A DNA stretch of 64,000 nt, from assembly GCF_035594765.1 (NCBI RefSeq), contig NW_026943824.1, forward strand, positions 9,123,451 through 9,187,450, read 5' to 3'. Numbering within the stretch: position 1 is the first letter of the stretch; the number at the start of each line of letters is the position of its first letter. The notes under the pieces are model-generated. The model had not been told where the DNA came from. It ran no database searches and saw nothing but the letters and a program-made list of their open reading frames with translations. This DNA is from Anolis carolinensis. Lineage: Eukaryota. Both the position numbers and the translations under genes were made by a program. Below, piece by piece: positions 1 through 12,835 of this stretch.

Positions 1-3000
1 AGACAAAATGGCCTTGTAGGTTTTATTCGGATACCAATGTCTCCTTCTTTTCCAGAAGGCAAAATATTACCTTCTTCATTAATTATCTGAAAGAAATCAA
101 ACGAAACATACTAAATGGATGCCAAATAGTGGTGTTTTTTATTTTTTCTGGAATTTTGAATTACAAATTTGGGTCAAAGGAAGATCTGAGAGAGATAAAT
201 GGTATTAAATTCCAGCATCTTCAAGAATAGCAAAGGCCTCGGGTTCCAATTCTGAAGATTAATTGCTGATACGGTACCTGAGTATCATAGGCTGGAGATG
301 GTTTCCCCATAGACCCTGGTTTAATTTTCATCCCTTTGAAAGTTCCACAAACCAGCACCTATTCCAAGAGGGGAAAAGTAAAGCATGGCAGAAATGCCTA
401 TTTGCATACATATATTCAATTTGGTGATGTCTGTTATCAAGAAATTTCAGAATGGGCCAGAGGAAAGTGGTTTACTGAAGCCTCACATGAACCCACAGTT
501 ATATATTGATAAGGTGATTAAATGTTTAACTCGAGAATGAGAAATCTTTGACCATTCAGGTACTTTGGACTACGATTTCCATATACCTTTACTATTTGCT
601 GTGGTGGTTGACTCTCCTGGGAGCTAAAGTTCAAAACACCAGTGCAGTAATACGGTATTCCTTGCACCTTACTTAATAGAGATTTGCAAGATTAATAAGA
701 ATAGCAACACAATATGTTTAAACTTTATAGTATGGATGTAATGCTATTTTATCTTGCAGTTTTATACAAGAATATAAGAGTTAACTGAAGTTTTCTCAAT
801 ACAGAAAGAGACCACACTGCCCTTCCGTTTTGCACATGGTTCAGCTTACTGTTTCTGTCTGGCCATAACCTTCGTAAATATCCAGCCCTGTTTCCATTTT
901 CCATTCTTCCATCACTTCGGGGTTCATGGGTTCTCCTGCACTTAGACAGTGTTTAAGACTGTGGAACTTATAACTTTTGACAAAGAGGAGAAAGGGAAAG
1001 GATGATTGTTAGCATCTTAAAAATGATACTATCAAACATAAATAAAGATTTAGTTTAGTGTTGATTTAGTTTAAAATTTGTGTGTGCACGAGCGTGTAAC
1101 AATTTTGAAAATCATGATTTGATATTGTAATTCAATCTGTCAAGAACAGGCAGGCAACAGTACTCTTTACTCCAAAGGTGAAAAGCCTAAGCTCTTCCAG
1201 ATATAGGTCAGCTCCTATCAGTTGCAGCTAGCATAGTAACAGGCATCATGGAAGAACACTGTAAGGCTCTATTAAAAATGGCTGCTGCTGTCTCTTTGCA
1301 AATAAGTTTACACAGGAAGCTCTTATTAACAATGCAAGAGAGAGGTAATCAATAGGAGGGCTTCTTGCCTCTGCTTCTTGTCACTGCATTTGTGTTGGGT
1401 CACTAATAGAAGCAGGCTGCCTTTTCATCCCCCCCAACTTTATGCTCCTATTACTATCTGTATATATACATGTTTAGAAAGGTTTGTTTTATTGTATTCA
1501 AGAAGCAAAATTGAAGTTACTGATTTCTTTTTTCTATTTATTTTTCTATTTTCTTGCCTCTTTTCTGTTTATTTCTTATTGTTAGAGTTAAATTTTATGG
1601 ATTTGAAAAAATAATAAAATATTATGGGGGGGAAAAAGAGAAATTGGCCCTCTAGAAAATTTTGAACTGTAGTTCCTTTCTAAGTCTCACATCTTTGATT
1701 ATTATTCTTAGGGATGCTGGAAATGGTGGGCTGGAAAATAGCTGGAGAGTCTCAGTTGCTCACCTCGGGTTTAGATTATAATCTGAGCCACACACCAGAA
1801 TAAATAGTCTCAATATGAAAGCATATTAAAACTAGAAGGAAGAAGTCTTTACCTGGTTAACTTGTGTTGTATCAACATTCGATAAGCAGTTGGAGGAGAA
1901 CACAAAGTTGTTATAGGAAATTTGGTCAATGTCTAGATGGTGATAAAACAAACAAACAAGATTTAACAGAACAACAACAATAACAACTTTATTTATATTC
2001 TGCCCTATCTCCCCAAGGGGACTCATGTAATGTCATGTAGAGTGAGGAAGTGAATCTCCCTCTCTTTTTTATAGTCTATAAGATTCAGTAAAAAACAATG
2101 AAACGAGGGCAATGGTATTTATATCAATATGCCTGTTAATTTCCTCTGGCTGATAGTTTATTGTGCAGTTTTAACACTTACCTCCAGGACTGGCTTTGGC
2201 TCAAAACGAGGCATGCTGTGTATAAACACACACGCTCCTTGAATCCATGGTGCAAAAACACTACTCCAAGCAGATTTTGCCCAGCCTGTGTCTGAAGTAT
2301 TCCACATAATGTCCAAGGGAGTCAAATCAAGCCAATACCTAAGAAACAGAAAAGAAAGAGTAGATGCAACTCAAGCAGAGGAGACCAAATATTGCTATCC
2401 TGTAGTCAGGTCGTGACTCCAAGACCCTACAAGCCATAGAATATATGCAATCTGAAAAATTAATGATGAAGCATCTGATGGGGACATAATGCTGAATTGC
2501 AAAAAGATTATGCTGTAAATAAATTAGTTTCAAGGTTGATTTAGGACTGCACGCAGTATCTTCTTATCTCACAATGTTCTGCCAGCATGAATTGATAGGT
2601 AAGACAAAAGGCAACTGGAAAAATACATATAAGAACCTATAAACTTAGCCATACTTTCCATTGATACCAAGTCCAATTCCATGGCTGCTATGAGAATGTT
2701 CAGTCATTTTTGGGGCACCTGTTGTGCCACTGGTGAAGTAGATTGCCATTGGATCATGACTCTTTGTGACCGCACAGTTGTGTTCACCAGGTGAAAGGCT
2801 GAAAGACACACAAGGCAATCAAACATAACCGCCAGACATCCATGGCCTCAAACATAATTTTCAAACATAGTAGCCAATGTTAGTTATTCCAGCTATTATA
2901 GGTAGACATTCGTTAATGCAGTTAGTTCTCCTTGGTGCTCTGTTCACAGAACAAAACCAAAACAGAACTCTGAACTCACAGTCCATATAAAAATCCATCC

Positions 3001-4487
3001 CTAGTTTCTCAAGCTGCATTTCAGTGGTGTAATCAAGAGGAAAAAGATCACTTGTCAATGTTATCATGAAACAGGCAGGACTCGGAAACTATTCTTGCTC
3101 TATTGTAAATAATTTGGTGATCTACCAGTAGATGCTAATCTACATTGTATCTATCCCTTGTTCTACAGTATTTTTAGGCTCTGTTCTGGTTCTGACAACA
3201 CATTTTAGACATTAACCTGCACAAGATCTTAGAAACGCACATCTCTCTCCATCTAAGGAGCAAATCTGGACACTTACTTCAGCAAGTGGTTGAAGTTTAA
3301 CCATCCTTCTCGAGGTTCCTTTGACACAATAAGCTTGAATTCTAGAGATGGGCATTTGGAAGCAACGGTATCGACAGCAGGGGCCAGAACTTGGTCAGTC
3401 ACGATACACCTGGCCTTTGACGCCTGCAGACGATGCAGAATGTCTTTTGATGTTAGCTGTGTTGTTCCAGGAATAAGGATGGTTCCTAATGTAATGGTCA
3501 AATTAGAAGCTCAGTCATAATGTTACATTCTTTCAAGTGCTGGAGGAGAAATTAGGGTCTTATTTTCATGAGATTACTGGGGACTTTGGGTGTTATGGCA
3601 CAAAAGATGGATCTTTATCCCCTATGAAGATGGATCCAGATCCCTCACTCCACAATATATGAGTTAACAAATGAATGTTATTACTGCTAACCTGTTCGGA
3701 TACAAGCCACATTTAAGAGCCACCACTCAGGTATCCGCGGGAGGATCACGATCACCCTGTCATCCTTCTGCAGGCTGCAATGCTCAGAAAGCACTCTGGC
3801 TGCTTTCTTGGAAATGTGTGACAACTCCACAAAGCTCCACTTAACTTGGTCTCCTTGTTCGCTGACCCACCACAGAGCTGGGTTTGAAGGCCTCTTCCCT
3901 TCCTGAAGAGACAATAGAGTCAATTGTGAAAAAATACTTCCATTTTGATCTTGAGACCACAGGCAAGGCATTCTAGGTATGTGTATGATTCCATAAAGAT
4001 TGTGAAGAGAACCCTCAGATTAACTTCAGTAGCAGAATGAGGCCCTTTCTATGCTGTCATATAAAATCCAAATTATCTGTTTTGATAATCTGAATTATAT
4101 GGCAGTGTAGAAGGGAACCTCACTCTGGATCAGCATCACTTTTTCCGCCCTGTTAAGATGTGTGCTTGGATAGAATTTAGAAGACCTTCCACACAGAATA
4201 TCAACAAGCACATTTGAGGGACTTAAGATGAAACATGAGGAAGCAACAGAAAATCATACCATTTCTGCCTTGGCCCACTTGTCCACTACATCTTTTGCAA
4301 AGTTGAAGTATTCTGGCACCTCTGCCTTATACTGTTGCTGGATGGATTCATAATCTAAAAAATTCTGTGCTGCCAGAGCCAGTTGATACTTGCTGAAGCG
4401 TCTGATAGAAGCTATGCCAAAAGTGCGCAAAGTCTTTAGAGATGATCTCTTCCACCATGTCGTTAAGGTTAAGGTGATACATGCCAT
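1..4487 (-). CDS. ACSM3: Acyl-CoA synthetase medium-chain family member 3, mitochondrial (5' part; continues beyond left edge)
   Basis: GT-AG coding exons 4487-4260 (start ATG uncertain), 3902-3692, 3485-3278, 2798-2655, 2338-2182, 1932-1853, 973-850, 358-278, 86-<1. Motifs [21 protein letters not shown] (P-loop), [29 protein letters not shown] closely matches ACSM3 as I recall it. Divergent from THUMPD1 as in mammals. Confidence 0.9.
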
Positions 4488-5725
4488 AATGTGTTCTTCC
4501 ACAATGTCTTAAATTCAATGTATTTGTCATGAACCACCGGTCTAAAATGCATAAGGGAAACCGTTTTAGGAGATAAACCATTAGCCTCATCCACATGTTT
4601 GACATTAGTTCCTGCCCTACTTAAAAAGGCATAGTGCAACCAAAATAAAAAAGTCAATCTATAATCCTCGAAATTTATAAGGGGTGGGGTGGGATTTATT
4701 TGATCTACAACTGCCTTGTAGGTAGATGGGTCAGTCTGCTCTTGCAAGCAGTATTTTTGAAGACCAAAGCATTGTCTTAGCTGTGTAGCTATCTCGACAC
4801 TGCTAGATGCAAAAACAGTATTGCTGTACAAGAAGGCTGTTTAGGTTGAAATACAGGTTATACCAGATCTGCCAAGGCATATTTTGTTGAAAATAGCTGG
4901 TCCAGGTAAGAAACTGACAAATGATGTCCTCTGCAGCAACCTTTTGGAACATATGTACCTATCACAGTCATATGTGTTTATTTCAACTTGAAATCCAAGC
5001 CAAATTAAAATGATCATTGCCACTGTAATAATCCCCCACTTTGAAGAGGGATTTTAAAAAATCAAACCAGGATGCCGTGGATATTTTATTTCAAATTCTG
5101 TTTCTGTCTTTCAGTCGTGGTGTTGTTCACTTAATCCTTATCTTTCATTTTAACCTGCCTCACAAAAGTTTTAGGTAAGAATAAAACAGGAAAGTGGATC
5201 ACTTATATTGCCTGATTGCAGAAGGAAGTGCTAAGCAAAAGTATTGAAGTTAAGGCTGTTGTTTTGCTCTTTAAAACCTTGCAATGTCTGTGTTTTTCAT
5301 GCTGTTCCTGTATTATTACAACACTCTCTTCTGGAGTTCTTGAGACATGCTGTGTCTCCCTTTCTCTTGCTTTTGTTTTGAGCCATTAAAAAAACAAGTC
5401 CAGAACACTATGGAGACAAACAACAGTAGATCAAGACAAATAATGACTCACTGGAAGAGTTGGCAAAGGTTCCTTGGAGCTGCTGGACAATGGACTGGTG
5501 CAAATGGAGGCGGTGTGCCTCCCCAACAGAATCTCTCCTCGTCCAGCTCCGGGGGAAGCAAGGCACAGAGCGATAAGGCAGAAAGTCAGACCAAGTCACA
5601 CCCCTCTAGGCATGAATGTTGCTCTTGGCAAAAAACCTTTCAAACCTCAGGATGATGTGGGCTTTTTGCCATTTCTGCCGCTGGTCCTGGCTGCGAAGAA
5701 GAGATGGAACACGGGAAAACTGTTA

Positions 5726-6048
5726 CAGTAGAGTCTCACTTATCCAACATAAATGGGCTGGCAGAATGTTGGATAAGCGAATATGTTGGATAATAAGGAG
5801 GGATTAAGCAAAAGCCTATTAAACATCAAATTAGGTTATGGTTTTACAAATTAAGCACCAAAACATCATGTTATACAACAAATTTGACAGAAAAAGTAGT
5901 TCAATACACAGTAATGCTGTGTAGTAATTACTGTATTTACGAATTTAGCACCAAAATATCACGATGTATTGAAAACATTGACTACAAAAATGCGTTGGAT
6001 AATCCAGAACGTTGGATAAGCGAGTGTTGGATAAGTGAGACTCTACTG
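5726..6048. mobile_element. 323-bp Tc1/mariner (pogo/Tigger-like) MITE family 1
   Basis: TIR CAGTAGAGTCTCACTTATCCAAC, TA target duplication. Confidence 0.9.
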
Positions 6049-6809
6049 TACCACCATCTGAAAAGAAACCAGAAAGAGAACAGAATATAGATTAATGGGG
6101 AGTGAGGACGGAAAGACATGTCAGGGGGAATATGCCAGGAAAGGAAGTTTGAACAGGAGCATATAACACGTATGTTATATGTGTGCATAGAATCAAAAAG
6201 CTGGGTTAAAAAGATAATCTGGGATCGGGTCCTGGAATATACATACGGGCAGCATGGAAGGGGCCTAAAGCTCCCTTTACACCGTCACATAAAATCCAGA
6301 TTATCTGCTTTGAACTGGGTTATATGGCAGTGTGGACTCTGATAATCCAGTTCAAAGCAGATATTGTGGATATTCTGGGTTATATGGCTGTGCGGATAAT
6401 CTGCTTTGGAAAAATGGATCAGGTCTGGGCAAACTTTCGCTTAAGCGGCTGAGGGGGGAAAGGAAGGGGCCTGAGGCTGTTAGGAATGGTGGGAGTTGGA
6501 GTCCAAAACACCTGGAGGGCCCAAATTGGCCCAGGCCTGATCTAGATTATATAGCAGTGCAGACCCAGCCATAGTAACAAATCCACAAAATAAACCTGCA
6601 ATTCACTTCAGGCCTCTCAGAATGAACCAAAAGTTAGAAGCCTGGAACTCTACCTGGGTCACTTTCCCATATTTTCTGACTGAAGAAGCATCGAAAAGCT
6701 CACATGACATCTTTTGTGAACTTTGGTGAAGTCAGTTATGGCTGTTTAAGGGGTTTGTTGCATTAAGCAGCAAGGCCAGGACAGTTACCTCTAAGTTTTT
6801 TTTATCTCT

Positions 6810-6910
6810 ATGGGCGGCGTGAGTGACGTCATGAAGGCGGTGCTGTTGAGCCGCCAGGGACTTCTCTGCGCCTGCGCGAAGGGGCCTGGCTCCTCTCGCT
6901 CGCCATGGCC
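6810..6910 (+). promoter_or_regulatory. CpG-rich THUMPD1 promoter with CRE and NRF1-like sites
   Basis: GC/CpG-rich stretch from about 6810 to 7200. Palindromic CRE TGACGTCA at 6824-6831, NRF1-like TGCGCCTGCGC at 6867-6877, GGGCGG at 6812. Confidence 0.7.
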
Positions 6911-9900
6911 GCGGTGGAGGCCTCTCGTAAGCGCCGCTCCAAGGCGCCTTTCTTCCCGGCGACCAAGCGGGCCCGGCCGGGCGGCTCTGGGCAGCTGGAG
7001 CCCGGCATGCGGGGCATCCTCATCACTTGCAACATGAACGAGCGCAAGTGCGTGGCCGAGGCCTACAGCCTGCTGGGCGAGTACGGCGAGCAGCTCTACG
7101 GGCCCGAGCAGGTAGGAGGGCGGTCGCTATGGGAACCGGGCCTCGCCCGCAGGGCAGCATGGGAAAGCCCCTGGGCGGCCTCACCAATGTTATGACTCCC
7201 ATCCGCATGGCCTAGAATCCTCGCATTCCTGGAAACACTAGGCTTTTGGGTTGCTGTGAGTTTTCCGGGCTGTATGGCCACGTTCCAGAAGCATACTCTC
7301 CTGAGGTTTCGCTCATATCTATGGCAGGCATCCTCAGAGGTTGTGAGGTCTGTTGGAAAGTAGGCAAGTAGGGCTTATATATTTGTGGAATGTTCTGGGT
7401 GGGAGAAGGAGTTCTTGTCTGAGGCAAGTGTGAATGTTGCACTTGGCCACCTTGATTAGCATTGAATGGCCTTGCAACTTCAAAGCCTGGCTGCTTCCTG
7501 CCTGGGGGATGAATCCTTTGTTGGGAGGTGTTAGCTGGCCCTGATTGTTTTCCTAATAGATAAACACAGATGTCTGTTCTAAACAATGTAAAGAGATATG
7601 CAAAACTCAATGGTGGTTCAAAAACATATGTTATAAACACAGTATGTATATTAGAGCAACATATATATCCAACATTCACAAAAATGATGCCCTGGTCAAT
7701 GTTGTAATACGCAGAAGTATCTAGAATCATAGAATAATAGAGTTGGAAGAGACCTCATGGGCCATCCAGTCCAACCCCCTGCCAAGAAGCAGGAAATCGC
7801 ATTCAAAGCACCCCTGACAGATGGCCATCCAGCCTCTGCTTAAAAGCCTCCAAAGAAGGAGCCTCCACCACAGTCCAGGGCAGAGAGTTCCACTGCTGAA
7901 CAGCTCTCACAGTGAGGAAGTTCTTCCTGATGTTCAGGAAGAACTTCCTCACTAAATATTGTCAATCAAACATAATTATATAAGAAACTGCAAACCTAGA
8001 GGCTTAAAAACGGACTAGAGTCAAACCGACTCAAAGTCTCTGCAGAATTCGAAAGATTCCTCAGGATTCCAAAAACATATGTTGTCAACACAGTATGTAT
8101 ATTAGAGCATCATATGCATTTAACATTCCCAAAACAATATAGGATGATATAAGTCTCTGCGGTCCTAGAGGAATTTACTATAAATTCATTGGCTTAAACC
8201 TGGAATAGAGTCAAACGACTCAATCTTTGCAGTACTAGAAAAATTCTTCAGGACTCCACAGGTTTTGAATCAAATAGTTTAGATAATCAAACTATGAGAT
8301 GAAGATCACAGTATTTTAGATCCTGTGTTGGTGGTGTCGAGGATATAAGATATCTCCAGGAATTGGAGTATAACAGAAGTAAAGCAGAATTACTGTGTAT
8401 TACAACATTGACCAGGGCATTATTTTTGTAATTGTTGAATATATATGTTGCTGTAATATACATACAGTAGAGTCTCACTTATCCAACACTCGCTTATCCA
8501 ACGTTCTGGATTATCCAACGCATTTTTGTAGTCAATGTTTTCAATATATCGTGATATTTTGGTGCTAAATTCATAAATACAGTAATTACTACATAGCATT
8601 ACTGCGTATTGAACTACTTTTTCTGCCAAATTTGTTGTCTAACATGATGTTTTGGTGCTTCATTTGTAAAATCATAACTTAATTTGATGTTTAATAGGCT
8701 TTTCCTTAATCCCTCCTTATTATCCAACATATTCGCTTATCCAACATTCTGCCGGCCCGTTTACGTTGGATAAGTGAGACTCTACTGTACTGTGTTTATA
8801 ACATATGTTTTTGAACCATCATTGTGTCCTGATTGTTTCCTGCCTGGAATTCCCCTGTTTTTCTTCAAGGGCATCTATGAATTGTTAATAGCTGTAAGCA
8901 TAATTTTCCCATTCATTCGGTAAGATTGATTGCACAACTTTAAGGGACTACTTCTTTGTCCCTTGTATCATACTTTTGTTGTTGTTGTTGTTTCTGTTTC
9001 AGTTGCAAGAAAGAGACTGCCAATAGCTTATTGAATGCCATGTCTTTTAGGAGCTTATAAGTAAAACCAATGAATGTATGTGTGAAGTTCACAGATCAAG
9101 AAGAAAGCAGAGTGTCAGGAAACGAAGAGGAGGAGGAGGAGGAAGCTGACGAAGACGATGATGCTGAAGCTGCTTTGAAAAAGGAGGTTGATCAGATCCG
9201 TACTTCAACAGAGCAGAAGAGGCGGCGGTTCCAGTCCGTGGAGAGTGGTGCCAATAATGTGGTTTTTATTAGAACACTGGGTGTAGGTATGAGCACATGA
9301 AATGGGATGATTCAAAGTCTAAGGTATAACTATAAACATATTCAGCTACTTCAGACAAATCCATATTTTTGGGGTTTACCATAAATCAAGCAGATATTAG
9401 CTACTGTTACACTGTCACTGGTCAGAGATGATGGAACCTGTAGGCTGACAGCCATCACTATAAACCAGAGGTCCTCAAACTTTTTAAGCCGAGGGCCGGT
9501 CCACAATCCTTCAGACTGTTGAGGGGCTGGATTATCATTTTTTAAAAAATACAAACAAATTCTGATGCACACTGCACATGTCTTATTTGTAGTGCAAAAA
9601 CAACAACAACAACAATGAAAGAACAATACAATATTTAAAAATAAAAATAATTTTAGCCAACGTACATTTAGCAGGATTTCAATGGGAAGTGTGCTTCTGC
9701 TTCTGGCCAATGAGATAGTCAAGTTAATTAGGGTTGTTGTTGTTGTTGTTGTTGTGTGCCTTCAAGTCATTTCAGACTTTGGGGGAGCCTAAGTCTAAAA
9801 TGTATTATTTATTTATTTATTTATTTACTGCATTTATTTACTACATTTGTATCACACCCTTCTCACCCCAAAGGGGACTCAGAGTGGCTTACAAATTATA

Positions 9901-11098
9901 TGTACATACAATATATTATATTATTAGCATAGCACAATATTAGCATTATATATTACTTTATTGAACTATACCACTATACTATAATATTATTAGTAATATT
10001 ATATGTAATATAGAATATATAATTAATATTATTATATGGTATTATTATTAGTGTTATATTGTATTACATTATAATATTATTATCAATATTATAGCTATAC
10101 AATATATTATATTATAAAACTGAGGGCGGGGGCCAGGTAAATGACCTCGGAGGGCCGCATCCGGCCCCCGGGCCTTAGTTTGGGGACCCCTGCTATAAAC
10201 TGTCAAGTATATATGTCTCTGTTTTTATATTTTGTTCCAGAGGTTGCAAATTCATGCATATTGACACTGGCTTTGGGGTACTTAGGATTTTAAAAGTTAT
10301 CACTGTTTTCCCAGTAAGGCAGGCGCTATGTATAAAATTAATAAAAAAATACAAATAACATCAAATAAAAATTACACAACAATTTTTAACCAATACCACC
10401 ACCACTTTGCCACAGCAACGCGTGGCCAGGCACAGCTAGTCTTTATATATAACTGCATGGTGAAGACATAATTATTTTTCTGCCAGCTTTCTAAATTCAT
10501 GTTATCTTATCACTTTGTGATAATTAGACATTGTTTATTAATCTATGTTTTGTTTTATATTTGAAATATTTATATTCAAGGTTTTTGCAAATTCTTGTTG
10601 AGTGCTAGATTGTGAAAGGCTGGCTAGAGTTTCCTGCACCCCACTAGAAATGCCATTTCTTTGTCCCAAGGAAGGCCTTGTGGGAAATGACTCTCCCAAT
10701 CCTTTTTCCTTGCAGAACCTGAAAAGCTGGTGCACCACATCCTGAAGGACATGCATGCCACCAAAAAGAAGAAAACCAGAGTCATCCTACGCATGCTGCC
10801 TGTTTCGGGCACCTGTAAAGCCTTTGTCGATGACATGAAACAGTACTCAGAGACCTTTTTTGAGCCTTGGTTTAAAAGTCCCCAGAAAGGCACTTTTCAA
10901 ATTGTTTATAAGGCTCGAAACAACAGCCACCTCAGCAGAGAAAAAGTGATCACTGAACTGGCAGGTGGGTGTGCTCTTGGTTTATAGTGCAATTCAGGGA
11001 ATAAGAATTTAGGCTGGGACCTAAATTTGAGAATATAAGGAAGTGGCAGCAAGAGATGGAATCTTTTGATCCTCCAGATGTTTTGACACGTGGCTCCT

Positions 11099-11130
<32 letters not shown>

Positions 11131-11590
11131 TTTCAAATATTTCTATCCCGCCCTTCTCACCCGGAGGGTAGCTGGGGCTTCTTGGAGCTTAGGCCCAATG
11201 CAAATAGAGGGCGAAACTCCCCTTTCAAGGTTGTTGAAATGACTTTCTATCTCCCTTCTCTCCACCCCTTCTTTTTGTGGCCTTGCAGGAGTGGTGGGCC
11301 ATCTCAATCCAGAGAACAAAGTCGATCTGAATAACCCCGAATTCACTATCGTCGTGGAGATCATCAAAAACATCTGTTGTTTGAGTGTGGTGAAGGACTA
11401 TGTGCTTTTCAGGAAGTACAACCTCCAGGAGGTGGTGAAAAGTGGCAAAACGGATTGTCAGGGAGATGCGTCAAAAGCATCACCAGAAGGCAATTCGAAA
11501 GGAGACAAAGCAGTGGTGGAGAACGTGGGAAGTCAAGACCAGCCTGAAGATAAGTTTGAGGAAAAAGCCAATGACAACCATGAGGATTAG
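6905..11590 (+). CDS. THUMPD1: THUMP domain-containing protein 1 (NAT10 adaptor for tRNA ac4C), 318 aa
   Basis: Exons 6905-7111, 9088-9286, 10716-10964, 11289-11590 join in frame (957 nt). Motifs QLEPGMRGILITCNMNERKCV, RRFQSVESGANNVVFIRT, KKKTRVILRMLP, NKVDLNNPEFTIVVEIIK, YVLFRKYNLQEV. Kozak context GCCATGG. Confidence 0.96.
7248..7554. mobile_element. Penelope-like element terminal-repeat fragment
   Basis: Recurring ~300-bp repeat (CCTCTGAGGATGCCTGCCATAGATG...GAAACGTCAGGAGAG). Family assignment from recall. Other copies at about 25670-25960, 36370-36503, 51840-52148, 54805-54900 and 56522-57040. Confidence 0.7.
7722..7953 (-). mobile_element. CR1 LINE 3' fragment
   Basis: (ATTCT)-type tail; encodes RKNFLTVRAVQQWNSL...EAF. 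Older copies at about 22540-22660, 28630-28855, 49395-49505 and 58905-59160 (+). Confidence 0.85.
8465..8787. mobile_element. Tc1/mariner MITE family 1
   Basis: Same TIRs, TA TSD. Confidence 0.9.
9466..10192. mobile_element. Non-autonomous hAT transposon
   Basis: TIR CAG(A/G)GGTCCTCAAACT; 8-bp TSD CTATAAAC at 9458-9465 and 10193-10200. Confidence 0.9.
10332..10439 (+). mobile_element. Helitron 3' fragment (same family as 36969-37441)
   Basis: Matches about 37335-37441 including hairpin and CTAG|T. Confidence 0.75.
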
Positions 11591-12790
11591 GACTATTAAT
11601 GAGTTGCTGGATAGAGACTATGGAGGATGATTCATTTTTATTTTGGTAGTTTGGCATTTTTAAAATGAAAAAACAGCTCTGGTTTTGGTGTTAAAATCAA
11701 TGGTTCCCCAAATATTCTTGAACTTGGAACGGACAGGTTGGGAGCTGCTGGTCAAAGCCAAATTGGGGTGTGACCGTCAGGACCATTCCTAGATACAAGA
11801 ATATCCTTTTCCTCTTGTGCACCCTCTATATTTGCTTCCTAGCCCAAGGGAACTATACCTTGCTGTGCCGTTCAAATTGTGTGAGCAGTGGTTCCCGCAG
11901 AGCATAATTGTGTGGCTTGTTTCCAAAAGGTACCAAACCCGTCTGAACAGATTTTACAGGAATCAGAAAAAAATGTGCTGAGGATATTCGTTCTTTTGCT
12001 ATAAAATGCAGTTTCCTGAATACTGTACTGAAGTGATTTGATACATTTTTATAGTTTTGATCTGTACATAATATTCTACTCCTAGCCAACAGTATGCTGC
12101 CATCTATAATGCGTTCTTCAATTTGTTTGAATTTGGTAACTTTTGGAAACAAATTCCAGTTAATTTCTAACCAGGACTGAAAGCCATGGTTTGAAATCGG
12201 TTTCCAGTTCTATGGGAAAGCAGCTGAAGCTTATAGAGGTGGTTCAAAATATAACTCCAGCATCCAGATCCTAACTTATCCATGAGAGCTGAACCCAGCT
12301 GTAGATGCATTTTAGCAAAAGTTAGTCAAATTTTGATCCCCTGGTTGTGTAGATACTGGAGTGTGTTTGATTACAGTGAGACTTTTGCTGGATCCTCCCT
12401 ATATGATGAACAAAACCATATGCTACTGTTAATGTTGATATCTGGGTGTACATCAACAGCTGTTCCATAGTTGCTAAGACTCTGTGGCAGCCTTTGTTGC
12501 CTCACTTGGTAGCAGTTGATGTCACTGTAGAAACCAGATGGAATACACTTTTGGATTCTGGGGCTTTGATACTTGACCCAATGATCCAGCATAAGTCTTA
12601 CCAGTTTGGGCCAACCTAGCATCGGAATAGCAACCGATCTAAACTTCACCTTTCTAAGCTGTTGCAAATTCAGAGACTCAGAACAAGGATCTCATAAACC
12701 TGATCCTAAATGAAAAAGCAATTTAAAATGTGTATATGTGGAACAGGTGTTTTCCTGAATGTTTTATTTAAAATTTGCATAAAGTTTTAT

Positions 12791-12835
12791 ATTAAAAGTC
12801 TTCTTGAGAACAATACTTTGTGTGGTATTTTGGAT
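12791..12835 (+). terminator. Candidate THUMPD1 polyadenylation signal
   Basis: ATTAAA at 12791-12796 followed by GU/U-rich TTTGTGTGGTATTTTGG. Further AATAAA candidates at about 13005 and 13284. Confidence 0.45.

Noticed and set aside
5884-6090. Recurrent small ORF family ([12 protein letters not shown]...)
   Set aside because: Translation of non-coding MITE family 1; its recurrence reflects copy number.
7212-7730. 172-aa ORF and similar ORFs at 20074 and 51908
   Set aside because: They run through Penelope-like repeats and junctions, so they are not host genes.
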